64,000 nt of DNA, taken from assembly GCA_965153355.1 (NCBI GenBank), contig OZ231126.1, positions 10,912,001-10,976,000 of the forward strand, in the 5' to 3' direction. The notes under the pieces were generated by a model that worked only from the letters and a program-made list of their open reading frames with translations, was not told the DNA's origin and made no database searches. Each line of letters starts with the position of its first letter. The first letter of the stretch is position 1. Of this stretch, positions 13,894 through 23,659 are shown piece after piece. The stretch is from Flaccisagitta enflata. Its lineage: Eukaryota. A program made the position numbers and the translations under genes.

Positions 13894-15670
13894 TTCTCTT
13901 TCTTTCTCACTAGTTTTAATCAGCAACCCTGTTTTTATAAACAGAACAGATAGGCGGCAAAATATTCACTTGAGGGTCTTGTGATAGGGACGAAAAAAAC
14001 AAAGCACCATTTTCAGCTTGTCCGCAGTATTTTCGCCGGGCTATCCAAAAATGATGGTCTCGAAAGGCTACAGAAAACATTTCAATATCTTATGCTAATA
14101 GATGCATAAACTAAGGCACGTAAGAGTGCATGTCTATCAGTTAGTTCATTTGTTTTTAAACTAGTTTGTTTTATTCTTTTAATCTGCCCCAGCTTGAAAA
14201 GGCTCTTATCATCAATGTCCCTCCACACTCTTATGCCCCCCAACCCTTATGGCTTTTGTTTTCTGTTTTGTTTGTTCCTGTTTTGTTTTGCAATGGATAT
14301 AAAAGAAAGCCTGAACCTTCCCTATGCATACATATTCTCTTATCTTTGGTAGCCAGGGAAAGTGAAAATTTTGAAATAGTCAAAAATGTCTATCTTTTGT
14401 CTTTAAGCACATGTATAAAAAAAAACATATAAGAAAAAAAAAAAAGAAGAAACACGACATCTCTTCGACCTTCGCGACTTTCCAACAAAATTTGTTAAAA
14501 AACTGCCTTACAAGTAGTGTAGAAAGCTGAAAATATACTCAAAATTCCATCTTGTCAATCTCCCCCCGACTGTAAATTTTCATCTCAATCAGTGGTTGGG
14601 AAGGGTCAAAATCATGAAAAACAAGGCCAACACCTATAAGTCGCGTGCGAGATTTACAGGGTAAGAAGGACTTAGAATGACTTAAAATGACTTAGAATGA
14701 CTTAGAACAACTTTGAATGACTAAAAATGTCCAAAAAGGACTTAAAATGTCTAAAAAACCTAACGACCAAAAATGACTTATAATAACTTAAAATGACTTT
14801 GAATAACTTAAAATGACTTAGAATGACTCAAAATGACTTAGAATAACTATTAATGACTAAAAAAGACTTAAAATGACCTAAGAGTTGACGCTTTATTACA
14901 AAAAAAGTAAAGTGTGACGGAAGGACCGACGGATGGACGGACGGACCGACGGACGGACGGATGGACCAACGGACGGACTGACGGACGGACTGACAAAGCG
15001 GGGTGTAGAGTCGTGTGCACGCGACTAAAAAGACCATCATCATTTTATTTCGTCATCTCAAAAATCGCTATCTCTGTCTCACTCTCTCTCATCGCCTCAT
15101 ATGTTTTAAATCCAAAGTCCAAGTGAATCAATTCTCCAGCTTCGGTCTTCATGTGTAACAACTTAAAAAAAGAATTTCTGTTAAAACAAAATTGTTCACC
15201 CCTTCACCATCAAGACAAAAATTCATAGAAAGACTGAATCGTCCTTAAAAACTTTAAATGGCTGTAAAATCTGAAATAATGATCTGACTGAGCTGTTCTT
15301 GTGGTCTAGGATAGGTAAAATTTTCTGCCAAATCCAATGATCTAGGTGAGAACACTCAATATTGATGTCTTCATGCACTTTGATTTCACGAGTTATTTTT
15401 TTTGACAGCCAAATATGTTCAAGGAATTAAGTATCTTTTAATTAAGTTATGTACAAAAAATGAAGTTTAAGAAATAAAATTAAAATAACAAAAATAAATC
15501 CTCCAGTTTTAGCCGGGTTTGCTCGAAAGGTACTGTAACCTAAGACTGATTGTCAAAGAGTCGGAAGTTACTGGGCACTGGGGCAGTTGGCACAAGCGCC
15601 ACTCTTTGAGATAAAGAGCTATCTAGAACAGTCTCGGTTTCATCCTGCTCTGACAATCTGAACTCAAGAC

Positions 15671-16603
15671 ATGGAGATAATACAGCGTGATATTGTAAAA
15701 CTGAAAAACAATCTAGAGAAGTTAATTAGTGTCATTGACAGCGTTAACAGTCATGATTCTACTTTGAATGATTCGATCAATTTGCTTTCCAAAAAAATGC
15801 AAAAACACATCACAAGTGCTGATTCCTTCAAAGCACAAGTGGTAAAGCATCAGGTTTCCTCTAAAACCGACTCTGAAGCCATTCAGAAGAAATCCACCAA
15901 ATTGCAACAACAGCTCGATGCGATGAATTGCAAGTTTGAACAGGAGAAAAAAGAAATAAGGCATATCAAAGATGAAATAAATACTAAGATGAATGCTATC
16001 GGAGAAAGAGCCTCATCCACTGATGTCCAATTGCAACAGCTTCAAACCGAATTTCAAGCCATCAAAGCTAAAGTGGATGAAATTGAAAATTACGCCCAAA
16101 GTTCAACCAACTTAGCCACAACAGCAAATGGCACAACTGTGCAATTTGTTCCAGAGTGGGTCTTACGCGAAAGAAAGAAGAACAACATCATAATTTTTGG
16201 GCTACATGAAATGGATGACGACCTTGCAGTGATCAAATTGCTTGCTGCCGACTTGGAATTGGACCTGGATCCTTCTTGTGACATCGTCCATAATTTTCGT
16301 GTTGGAACATCAAACAATGGCAACGTGTGCCCCCTGGTGGTTAAATATCCATGCTTGGAAAAAAAGAATGCAATGCTCCTGAAGGCAAAGAAGCTGAAAG
16401 GGATGGAAAAATGGAACGGGGTTATTGTCACTCACGACATGACAAAATTAGAATGTCAAGTGGGGAAAGCATGGGAGATGAAGCTACGACAAGATGCAGA
16501 GCAATTGAACAATTCTCTTTCTGCGGATGAAAAAAGTGTCAAGTTTTTTAAAGTTATTGGCGGCCGTCGTGAGCCAAGAATAGCATGCTTTCCGATTAAA
16601 TGA
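15671..16603 (+). CDS. LINE ORF1-like protein (coiled coil + RRM/CTD-like region), 310 aa, no ORF2 visible
   Basis: Heptad-rich N-terminal half, then ERKKNNIIIFGLHE...FRVG...PLVVKY...LLKAKKLK...IVTHDMT, a pattern typical of L1/L2/CR1-type ORF1 proteins. Confidence 0.7.
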   Translation: MEIIQRDIVKLKNNLEKLISVIDSVNSHDSTLNDSINLLSKKMQKHITSADSFKAQVVKHQVSSKTDSEAIQKKSTKLQQQLDAMNCKFEQEKKEIRHIKDEINTKMNAIGERASSTDVQLQQLQTEFQAIKAKVDEIENYAQSSTNLATTANGTTVQFVPEWVLRERKKNNIIIFGLHEMDDDLAVIKLLAADLELDLDPSCDIVHNFRVGTSNNGNVCPLVVKYPCLEKKNAMLLKAKKLKGMEKWNGVIVTHDMTKLECQVGKAWEMKLRQDAEQLNNSLSADEKSVKFFKVIGGRREPRIACFPIK

Positions 16604-16771
16604 CTCACTAACTTAGCGACCATAAGAGCATGATGATCAAAACAGAGATTTTCTTTTTTTTTCTCTCTACAAACGGTTTCTTAATATCATAAAATCCTCA
16701 GTATTTGCTCAGAGAATAATCACTGATATTATTTGCACTTATGAAAGCATCATATTTTCTAGTTGGATGTA

Positions 16772-17521
16772 CACCGTCTTTAGATCGATTTGAAAAATGT
16801 TAAACTTTTATAATTCCTAAACAACTTGGCAAAAAGTCTTCAAATTTTCAGCAAACATTGCTGACATGTGACCGTTTTGTTGTGCAAAAGTTTAGATATA
16901 GATACAGAATAATTGGGGTACAGCAAAACACTGAAAGAATGAGCATTTTTAAGCCATGGTAAATTTTTCTTCGGCTCTTTTTGAAGAAGCTGTCTTTTTC
17001 TTCTTGTAACTTTTAAACAGATCAAACTAAAACGTTAAAATTGGTATAAAATCATTGGTAATTAGTTGCAGAAAATATATTTTTGGAAAATTAAAAATTA
17101 GATTGGATACTTAACGGAATTTTTACAAAGTTTGGGTAATTTTTGAGAATTGTTAATGGCAAACATGGAAAATCAATCATTTTTTTTCAAAACTAATAAA
17201 AATCATAACATTTTCAAGCAAAATGGAAGTGTATGTATGTTCATCATCAGTCTGTAAGTGTGTTTGGGGTTCTAGTTCAGTTGGTTCAGCAGCGTAAGAC
17301 AGCTTCTTCTAAAAAAAGGTGAGAAAAGGTTTATTTTGCTTCAAAAATGACTGTTTTATCAGGGTTTTGCTGTACCTCAATCATTCAGTATCTGTATCTA
17401 AGGTTTTGCATAACAAAACGGTCACATGTTAGCAATGTTCACTCAAAATTTGAAGACTTTTTGCCTAGTAGTTAAGGAGCTATAAAGGTTTAACATTTTT
17501 CAAATCGATCTAAAGACGGTG
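16772..17521. mobile_element. Tc1/mariner-type MITE
   Basis: TA-flanked; long imperfect TIRs beginning CACCGTCTTTAGATCGATTTG. Related to 39466-40229. Confidence 0.82.
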
Positions 17522-18186
17522 TATTTATAGTCTTCATTTTTATATTTTGGAAAGTCGTTAAATTTTGGTGAAAATGCAACTTTTTTTTCACTGATTTATA
17601 CTTTAGATTTTTAAAAACTAGTGACTGGTCAATTTTGAATATTTCTAACATGGAATTTTCAATTTTTAGAAGTTGCATGGTAACAATGCTCGCTTTTGGT
17701 TCTTAAGAACTACTGACTGGTTAGTTCTTTGCCACGTGCTTTTGGTTTTGAAGAACTACTGACTGGTCATTTTTCTTTGCCACATAATTGTAATTGTTCT
17801 GTCGGAACAGCTACCATCTCGATGAGCAACTCGTAAAAAGGTTGCTTCCTTTGGTAGCTTTACTTTTATATTTATATTATTTGTTTGGTAAGATTACTTA
17901 ACACGATTTCAGCCCAAATACTGAGAGGCGCAAACAGCCCCAAACTTATCCCTAGTCTACATTAGGGGGGGTCATACAGGGTTGTTTTTGGAAATTCCTT
18001 ATGAGACTCTGGAATCTGGGGGTTTATTGAATGTAGAAAAGGATAGAAAAAAAATTGGGTATCCATGTCTTAAGGAAAAATAATCCATTTTTGATCAAAA
18101 ATGAGGTATCAGATAGGCGAAAATCGCGAAAATCGCAAAAATCGCGAAAAGCGCCAAGATATAGGCCATTGGTAATAGCCACCAGG

Positions 18187-18788
18187 CACATTGTAACTTT
18201 GTAGTATAATTGTGGCCAGGGGGGAATTTTCTTCTTCACTTCCATCTAAGTTTTTTGGAAGAGAGGAATTTTGGTGGAGAGGAATTTTGGAGGAGAGGAA
18301 TTTTTTATTTACTGGGGAATTTTGGAGGAGAGGAATTTTGGAGGAGAGGAATTTTAGAGAGGAGGAATTTTGAAGAGAGGAACTTTGGAGAGGAAGAGGA
18401 ATTTTAGAGGAGAGGAATTTTGGAGGAGAGGATTTTTCATTTACTGAAAAGTGGCATATTTACCGAGATTAAAAAGTAAGAACTTGGTAACTTACCATTG
18501 GCATAGCAACTTTTACCGATAATTAGGTAAAATAAAAAATAAGGTAATTTACCCAAATGAAAGTAAAAAAGTAAAAGAGTAAGAAAGTAAGAAAGCAAGG
18601 AAGCTAATTATGGACGAGGTAAAAAGTAAGAAAGTAAGAGAGTAAAAAAGCAAAAGAGTAAAAAAGTAAGAAACTGAATTACTGAAAGTAAGCAAGTAAA
18701 TTGTAGGTTATTTACTGGAATAACAGTAAAGTAACGAAAGAGTAAGAGTAAGAGAAAAATCCGCCTTGGCCATGGAAGTTACATTGTG
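18187..18788. mobile_element. Transib-like non-autonomous element nested in the left hAT arm
   Basis: Termini CACATTGTAACTT / AAGTTACATTGTG and 5-bp TSD CCAGG (18182-18186, 18789-18793). Absent from the right arm at the equivalent position. Interior has GGAGAGGAATTTT and AGTAAAA repeats. Confidence 0.8.
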
Positions 18789-19290
18789 CCAGGACACTAA
18801 AAAACATTTGTTTTTGGCTTAGATGATGTATTTTTGCCTTACTCTTACCTCTCATGACAATAATTAGGCTTCCAATGCAAGCTTTTTTTCATTTTTAGGG
18901 CTTTATACATGCTGCCATAAAGGCAAAAATTAGCGAAAAATCAAAAAAAATTGAGAAAATCTTTAAAAAAAGGAAAAAATTGTACTGTCTAGTGTGTGTT
19001 AAAAAAATGTGCCTGTTTGTTTTAAAGATGCTTGTTTGATTTAGTATTTTCATTATTCTCATATTCTTTTCCCTTTTATGTTAAAAAAAAACCATTTTTT
19101 AACCATGAAATATTTGCAATAAAGGCAGAAATAAGCGAAATCAACAAAAATTGCAAAACTCAGTGCTCAAGCTTCTTCCTCCAGGACTTGCAACCTGGCA
19201 TGGGTGTTTTACTGAAGGTTTTTTTTTTGGTTTTTAAGATTTTTTTTTGTTTTTTTTTTTTTTGGTTAATCAATGTTTGCACCTACACAA

Positions 19291-19642
19291 TACGAATGTC
19301 AGAGTGCCGGAATCGGCTGAAACTGGCTTTTCCCCCACCATCATCTGTTTTCTTTGCTTAAATGCTATCAAATGAGCCGTTGTGCGATTTTCAAATCGAT
19401 CGGGAACCATCGTTAGGGTGACCTTGAAGTTTTCATAGAAACCAATGAGGAAAGTAAAATTTGCATGAGAGAAATGTTGATTCCAATGTTAATTCAATAC
19501 AAACTTCAACCTCACCCTAACGATGGTTCCCGATCGAATTGAAGGTCGCGCGATGGCTCGTTTGACAGAATTTTTGCATAAGAAAAAGATGATGGCGGGA
19601 GGAAAGCCAGTTTCGCCCGTTTTTGGCACCCTGACACTCGTA
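19291..19642. mobile_element. Palindromic MITE with 8-bp TSD nested in the left hAT arm
   Basis: TIRs TACGAATGTCAGAGTGCC / GGCACCCTGACACTCGTA and TSD CTACACAA (19283-19290, 19643-19650). Absent from the right arm; imperfect inverted symmetry through most of its length. Confidence 0.85.
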
Positions 19643-20042
19643 CTACACAAGTATGGATAGGGCTTGACGGTCAAACTAAGAACTAGTTTGACGGAACGGC
19701 TGATTTTTAACCACTAAGGTAGGGAACATGAAAAGATATGCACATTTCAGATAAAAACAATATGAAAAATAAAAAACAGTATAGAAAACAAAGTAAATGA
19801 GATAACTGAGCGGGAGCTGATTCAGCTCACCAAGACCTCAGTTATAACATAAACATAAAAAATAAAGAGGTCACAATGAAAAAAATGCATTGGACTCTTA
19901 AGATGAAAACATTTGAATGTCTTATGAAAGAAGCACAGTTGAAATTCATAACGCTATAATGTAGTAATCTTAAAATCTTGTTTCTTGAAAAAATTACATT
20001 GAAAAATCATTACATTCAAATGTTTTATCTTTTGAATTTGAT

Positions 20043-20912
20043 TCAATGCTCTTGTGAAGAGATCTCCAGGAAACCGGTTGGAATTTGCCCAGACCAGCAT
20101 GAATCTTCCCACATCCCCATGCCATAAATTGTGTCACAGAAACGGTTACCAAAGAACTGATATCCAAGCTCAAGGAGTTGGATTGCAGAGTCTGTCTCCA
20201 CCTTGACTGCATGACTTGCATTTGGCCGATAGTTGCTCTCTTTGGCACAAAAGTTAACCCCTCCCTTCCTCTGCTGCTGAGAGATAAACCCTGCCAACAA
20301 AATGTCTTTGACTGCACTAGTGTTGTGGACCAAAGGGCAAAGCTGTTGCAAAGATTCCTTCCCCAGCAAGTAATGCCCAGGGGGAGCAAGAACTCCGAAG
20401 CTGTGTCCCCCAAGTGCTGCCACTCTGATGGTAACCGAGGCATCTGGGTGGAAAAACTCAAGTGCTACAAATCGCACTTTCCTTTCTGTATCATACATGG
20501 GACTGATGGCAAGCAGGATTTTCTCTCTGGAAAAACAAAGATCTCTCTTGAGGGCGGATATTGGCACCGACCCATCTTGACATGAGTATTGTCCATGAGG
20601 CATATTGTGGCGAAGAAAATAACTCATTTTCTTGGAAATCCAAGTGCCCTCAGCAAATGGCAATTCAAGGAAAGGATTGATGCCAACATCTTTCACTTTC
20701 TTGAATGTCAGAGATTTTTCCAGCCAAATGCTCAAAGCTTTGACCGAACCTGCTTCAGCCCCAGATTCTCGTAGCTCAGAAAGTTCTTCTTGAAGTTTTT
20801 CTTGGTTTTTTATCAAAAGTTGCCTAAAATTTCTCATTTCAACTCTCTCCTTCTTCTGCCTTGATCTCTCCCTTGCAGTTTTCCAGGGCACGCGAACAGG
20901 AGCTTCTGCCAT
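20043..20912 (-). CDS. Divergent Tpt1/KptA-family (RNA 2'-phosphotransferase, ART-fold) protein, 289 aa, transposon cargo
   Basis: First ATG at 20912 (the ORF track start at 20957 is a TTG). Colinear motifs: SKKMSYFLRH, DGSVPI, DTERKVRF, IRVAALGGHS, LVHNT, GFISQQQR..VNF, YRPNA, GYQFF..N, GQIP..FL. These match the Tpt1/KptA pattern SKxLSxxLRH, DGxV, DxKxRF, IRAxQGHS, LxHGT, GLxxMxRxHVH, GxxF..N, IPP. Confidence 0.78.
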   Translation of the reverse strand: MAEAPVRVPWKTARERSRQKKERVEMRNFRQLLIKNQEKLQEELSELRESGAEAGSVKALSIWLEKSLTFKKVKDVGINPFLELPFAEGTWISKKMSYFLRHNMPHGQYSCQDGSVPISALKRDLCFSREKILLAISPMYDTERKVRFVALEFFHPDASVTIRVAALGGHSFGVLAPPGHYLLGKESLQQLCPLVHNTSAVKDILLAGFISQQQRKGGVNFCAKESNYRPNASHAVKVETDSAIQLLELGYQFFGNRFCDTIYGMGMWEDSCWSGQIPTGFLEISSQEH

Positions 20913-21211
20913 AATCAAATCAAGAAAATGATCCTGAAGATATTTGAATGAGTACAAGTTAACCTAGTTTTTCTTCAGTTAGTTCGTAAAATGCTTAAAA
21001 ACTTAAGAGCTTAATTGTTTGAATATCAGTATATAGTAAAACCACTCCTAAACTTGAAGTCAATCCAGTTAACAGATTAAAACATTTATCTAGTGAGGAT
21101 AATCTGATTATCTTGAATTTCTTAGCTTTAATCTGCAGATTTTCCTCTGAAAGATTGATGTGCCATAGCACATTCTTCCTGAAAATTCTTTACCCAAAAT
21201 AATCAAAGGAG
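20913..21211. promoter_or_regulatory. Putative bidirectional promoter between cargo and transposase
   Basis: 299-bp AT-rich spacer between two divergent ATGs; function inferred from geometry only. Confidence 0.45.
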
Positions 21212-23659
21212 ATGGCAAAATCTTTGAGATCCAATGAACACAAGGTCATTGGGTCTGCCTCCTCTTTTCCTGAGAATGTCCTCCCTACAAAGTCAGATGT
21301 TGTGAAGAGGACGCAATTGAGCAAAGATCACCTTGAGTTCTCGACAGGTAAGCAGAAAATTCCAGTTTCTCAGATCCTAGAACCAGTTCTTGAAGAACTA
21401 GGTCAGCTTTGGCAGAAAGCCTCAATTCCAACAATTAGCAAATCCGGAATTGAGAAGGCAGTAAGCAAGTTGTGGGAACATTCAAAGCAAGGCCTCAAAA
21501 ATGAACAGTCCAAGACCCGAGCTCAAGATGAAAATCAAAGACTTCTTGATATCTCTGCCTGCAAGTGCAAACAGATCAGTTGCGTTCAAGCAAAATGCCA
21601 AACAGATGCCTGTGATGACCTCCACTTGGACTGCAAATGCGACTCCTCAAAGAGGGTTCCACAGCAAGAGATAAAGTTCCTTTTTGACCAAAGAGGCCCA
21701 CGGAAAATGCTGATGTCTGGAATAGACCGAAAAGTTACCCAAAGTCTTAAGAGGTCTTTTGATAAGGTGGAGGCTTTCGAGGCCCAACGAGAGAGAGAAA
21801 AAAGGCGGCGGAAAGACGAAGAGGAGAACAATGCTGCTGCTACACGTGAATTCTTTGCAGAGGAGGCAGATGAGGAAGAGAAAGATGATGATCACGCTCA
21901 AGAAAGGAAGGATCCAACTTTTGCTCCAGATGGTCCCAACTCAGCAGATCCAGGGCCAAAAACAAGAAACACTCATGCTCTTCCAAGAACTGGTGCGGAG
22001 TGTGACAGATGGGATGTCTCCAGCAAAGCTGCGGCTGACTTGGTAAACTCCTTTGCCATTGATATGGGTTTGCTCACTGATTCAAACAAGTCCACCATGA
22101 CAACAGATAAGGCAAAGATTGATCGTTGGAGAAAAGCAGGTCGGAAAAAGGCAAACGCAGAGCGCAAGAAAGCAATTGGAGCAAAGGATATCTCTGGTAT
22201 TTACTTTGATGGGAAGAAAGATTTCACTTTGACCACAGTAGAGAGGAATGGCAAGCCCAACCCAAGGAAGGTTATTGAAGACCACTATGTCATGTTGGGT
22301 GAGCCAGAGAATGTCTACCTGGGACATGAAGTCCCCTATTCAGGACACGGCATCAGCATTGGCCTGAGACTCTTTCGCTCATTGAAGGAGAAGAATTTGG
22401 CAGCTAAGATGATTGTGGCAGGTGCAGATGGATGCAATGTGAATGTTGGCAACAATGAAGGCGCCTTGGTCTACTTAGAATTGCTTCTAGGAAAGCCTCT
22501 TCATTGGTTCATCGGTATGCTTCATGGATGCGAATTGCCATTCAGAGCACTAGTCCGCAAACTAGATGGTGGAACGTCAGGCCCTCTCTCACTCAAAGGT
22601 CCAATTGGGAGTACTTTAGTTGAGGATCTCACAGAATTGCCGGTGATAAACTTTCGTAGCATCCCAAATCCAGATTTTCCCACTGTTGCAGAGGAGGACT
22701 CTTATGAGTTAAGCAAGGCTCAACGGTACACATACAGAATGTGCCGGGCTATCATAAGTGGCGAAATGCCCCCTGGTCTTGCTGATGAAGAACCTGGGAA
22801 ATACCATGGTGCAAGATGGAACACACTTGCCAACAGGCTCATGCGCAAATATGTTGCAACTCCTCGTCCTTCTCGAAAATTTCAAAAGTTGATCCATTCG
22901 ATCATTCACCATTATGCTCCCTCTTGGTTCCAAATCAAGACCCATCCAAGATGCGTTGATGGTCCAAAGAACTTTTACAAGATGGTTGAATACCAGCGAA
23001 AGCTTGAGCCAGAACTGCAAGAGGAAGTTCAGAAAGTCATGCAGAGAAATGCATACTTTGCTCATCCCGAGGCAATCCTTCTCTCTATGCTTGCAGACAG
23101 TGACCGTGAGGTGCGAGCTCAAGCAGTTAACACCATCTTGACCATTCGGATGAAATTGGACCAAGCAAGGGCTGACCTCTGTCAAGAGGATGATGGGCGA
23201 GGAGTGGATGAGGAAGATGAAGATGAGGAAGAACCTCCTGAAGGGGAAGAAGATGATGCCTTCCAATTGGACCCTTCAGAAGATCATGCCATTTCAAATT
23301 CCCAAGTTAGGAAATTTGTTCTTCCCAAAGTGAATTTCAGTGCAACTAGCTACACTGAACTGATTGACTGGGAATCAGCAAAGCTGACAGAGCCACCTTT
23401 CACTTTGGATTTCAAGGAAGCTGACCTATTTGCCATCAAAGAGGCCCCCCTTGAAGTACCAAATTACCCATGCCACACCCAGGCAGTGGAAAGGGCCATC
23501 AAGCTTGTCTCTGAGGCTTCTGCTGCAGTGGTTGGACAAGAAGCAAGAGAAGGTTTCATCTCTCAACAGATCAAAGAAAGGCAGGAGTTGAGCAAGTTTG
23601 AATCAAAGAAGGACTACTTTCCAAAGGTGGAAGCTGCTTGCCAACCAAATGTCGAATGA
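21212..23659 (+). CDS. hAT (hATm-like) DDE transposase, 815 aa, intronless
   Basis: Uninterrupted ORF between the TIRs. N-terminal Cys/His cluster (CKC..C..C..C..H..CKC). Candidate catalytic D (GIYFDG), D (GADG) and E (HTQAVER); RW motif (GARWNT). The CxxH position reads GMLH. Confidence 0.9.
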   Translation: MAKSLRSNEHKVIGSASSFPENVLPTKSDVVKRTQLSKDHLEFSTGKQKIPVSQILEPVLEELGQLWQKASIPTISKSGIEKAVSKLWEHSKQGLKNEQSKTRAQDENQRLLDISACKCKQISCVQAKCQTDACDDLHLDCKCDSSKRVPQQEIKFLFDQRGPRKMLMSGIDRKVTQSLKRSFDKVEAFEAQREREKRRRKDEEENNAAATREFFAEEADEEEKDDDHAQERKDPTFAPDGPNSADPGPKTRNTHALPRTGAECDRWDVSSKAAADLVNSFAIDMGLLTDSNKSTMTTDKAKIDRWRKAGRKKANAERKKAIGAKDISGIYFDGKKDFTLTTVERNGKPNPRKVIEDHYVMLGEPENVYLGHEVPYSGHGISIGLRLFRSLKEKNLAAKMIVAGADGCNVNVGNNEGALVYLELLLGKPLHWFIGMLHGCELPFRALVRKLDGGTSGPLSLKGPIGSTLVEDLTELPVINFRSIPNPDFPTVAEEDSYELSKAQRYTYRMCRAIISGEMPPGLADEEPGKYHGARWNTLANRLMRKYVATPRPSRKFQKLIHSIIHHYAPSWFQIKTHPRCVDGPKNFYKMVEYQRKLEPELQEEVQKVMQRNAYFAHPEAILLSMLADSDREVRAQAVNTILTIRMKLDQARADLCQEDDGRGVDEEDEDEEEPPEGEEDDAFQLDPSEDHAISNSQVRKFVLPKVNFSATSYTELIDWESAKLTEPPFTLDFKEADLFAIKEAPLEVPNYPCHTQAVERAIKLVSEASAAVVGQEAREGFISQQIKERQELSKFESKKDYFPKVEAACQPNVE

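Noticed and set aside
17950-17962. Apparent longer target duplication (CCTAGTCTACAT at both ends of the hAT)
   Set aside because: The extra bases at the right end are the TIR itself (..CCCTA, complement of TAGGG). The 8-bp TSD fits the TIR symmetry and hAT biology; the match is coincidence or target preference.
20913-20957. ORF-track start of the cargo at 20957 (304 aa)
   Set aside because: That start is TTG; the first ATG in a eukaryotic context is at 20912.
21586-23266. Antisense and overlapping ORFs within the transposase (and 20178-20774 within the cargo)
   Set aside because: Shadow frames of real coding sequence with no independent motifs.
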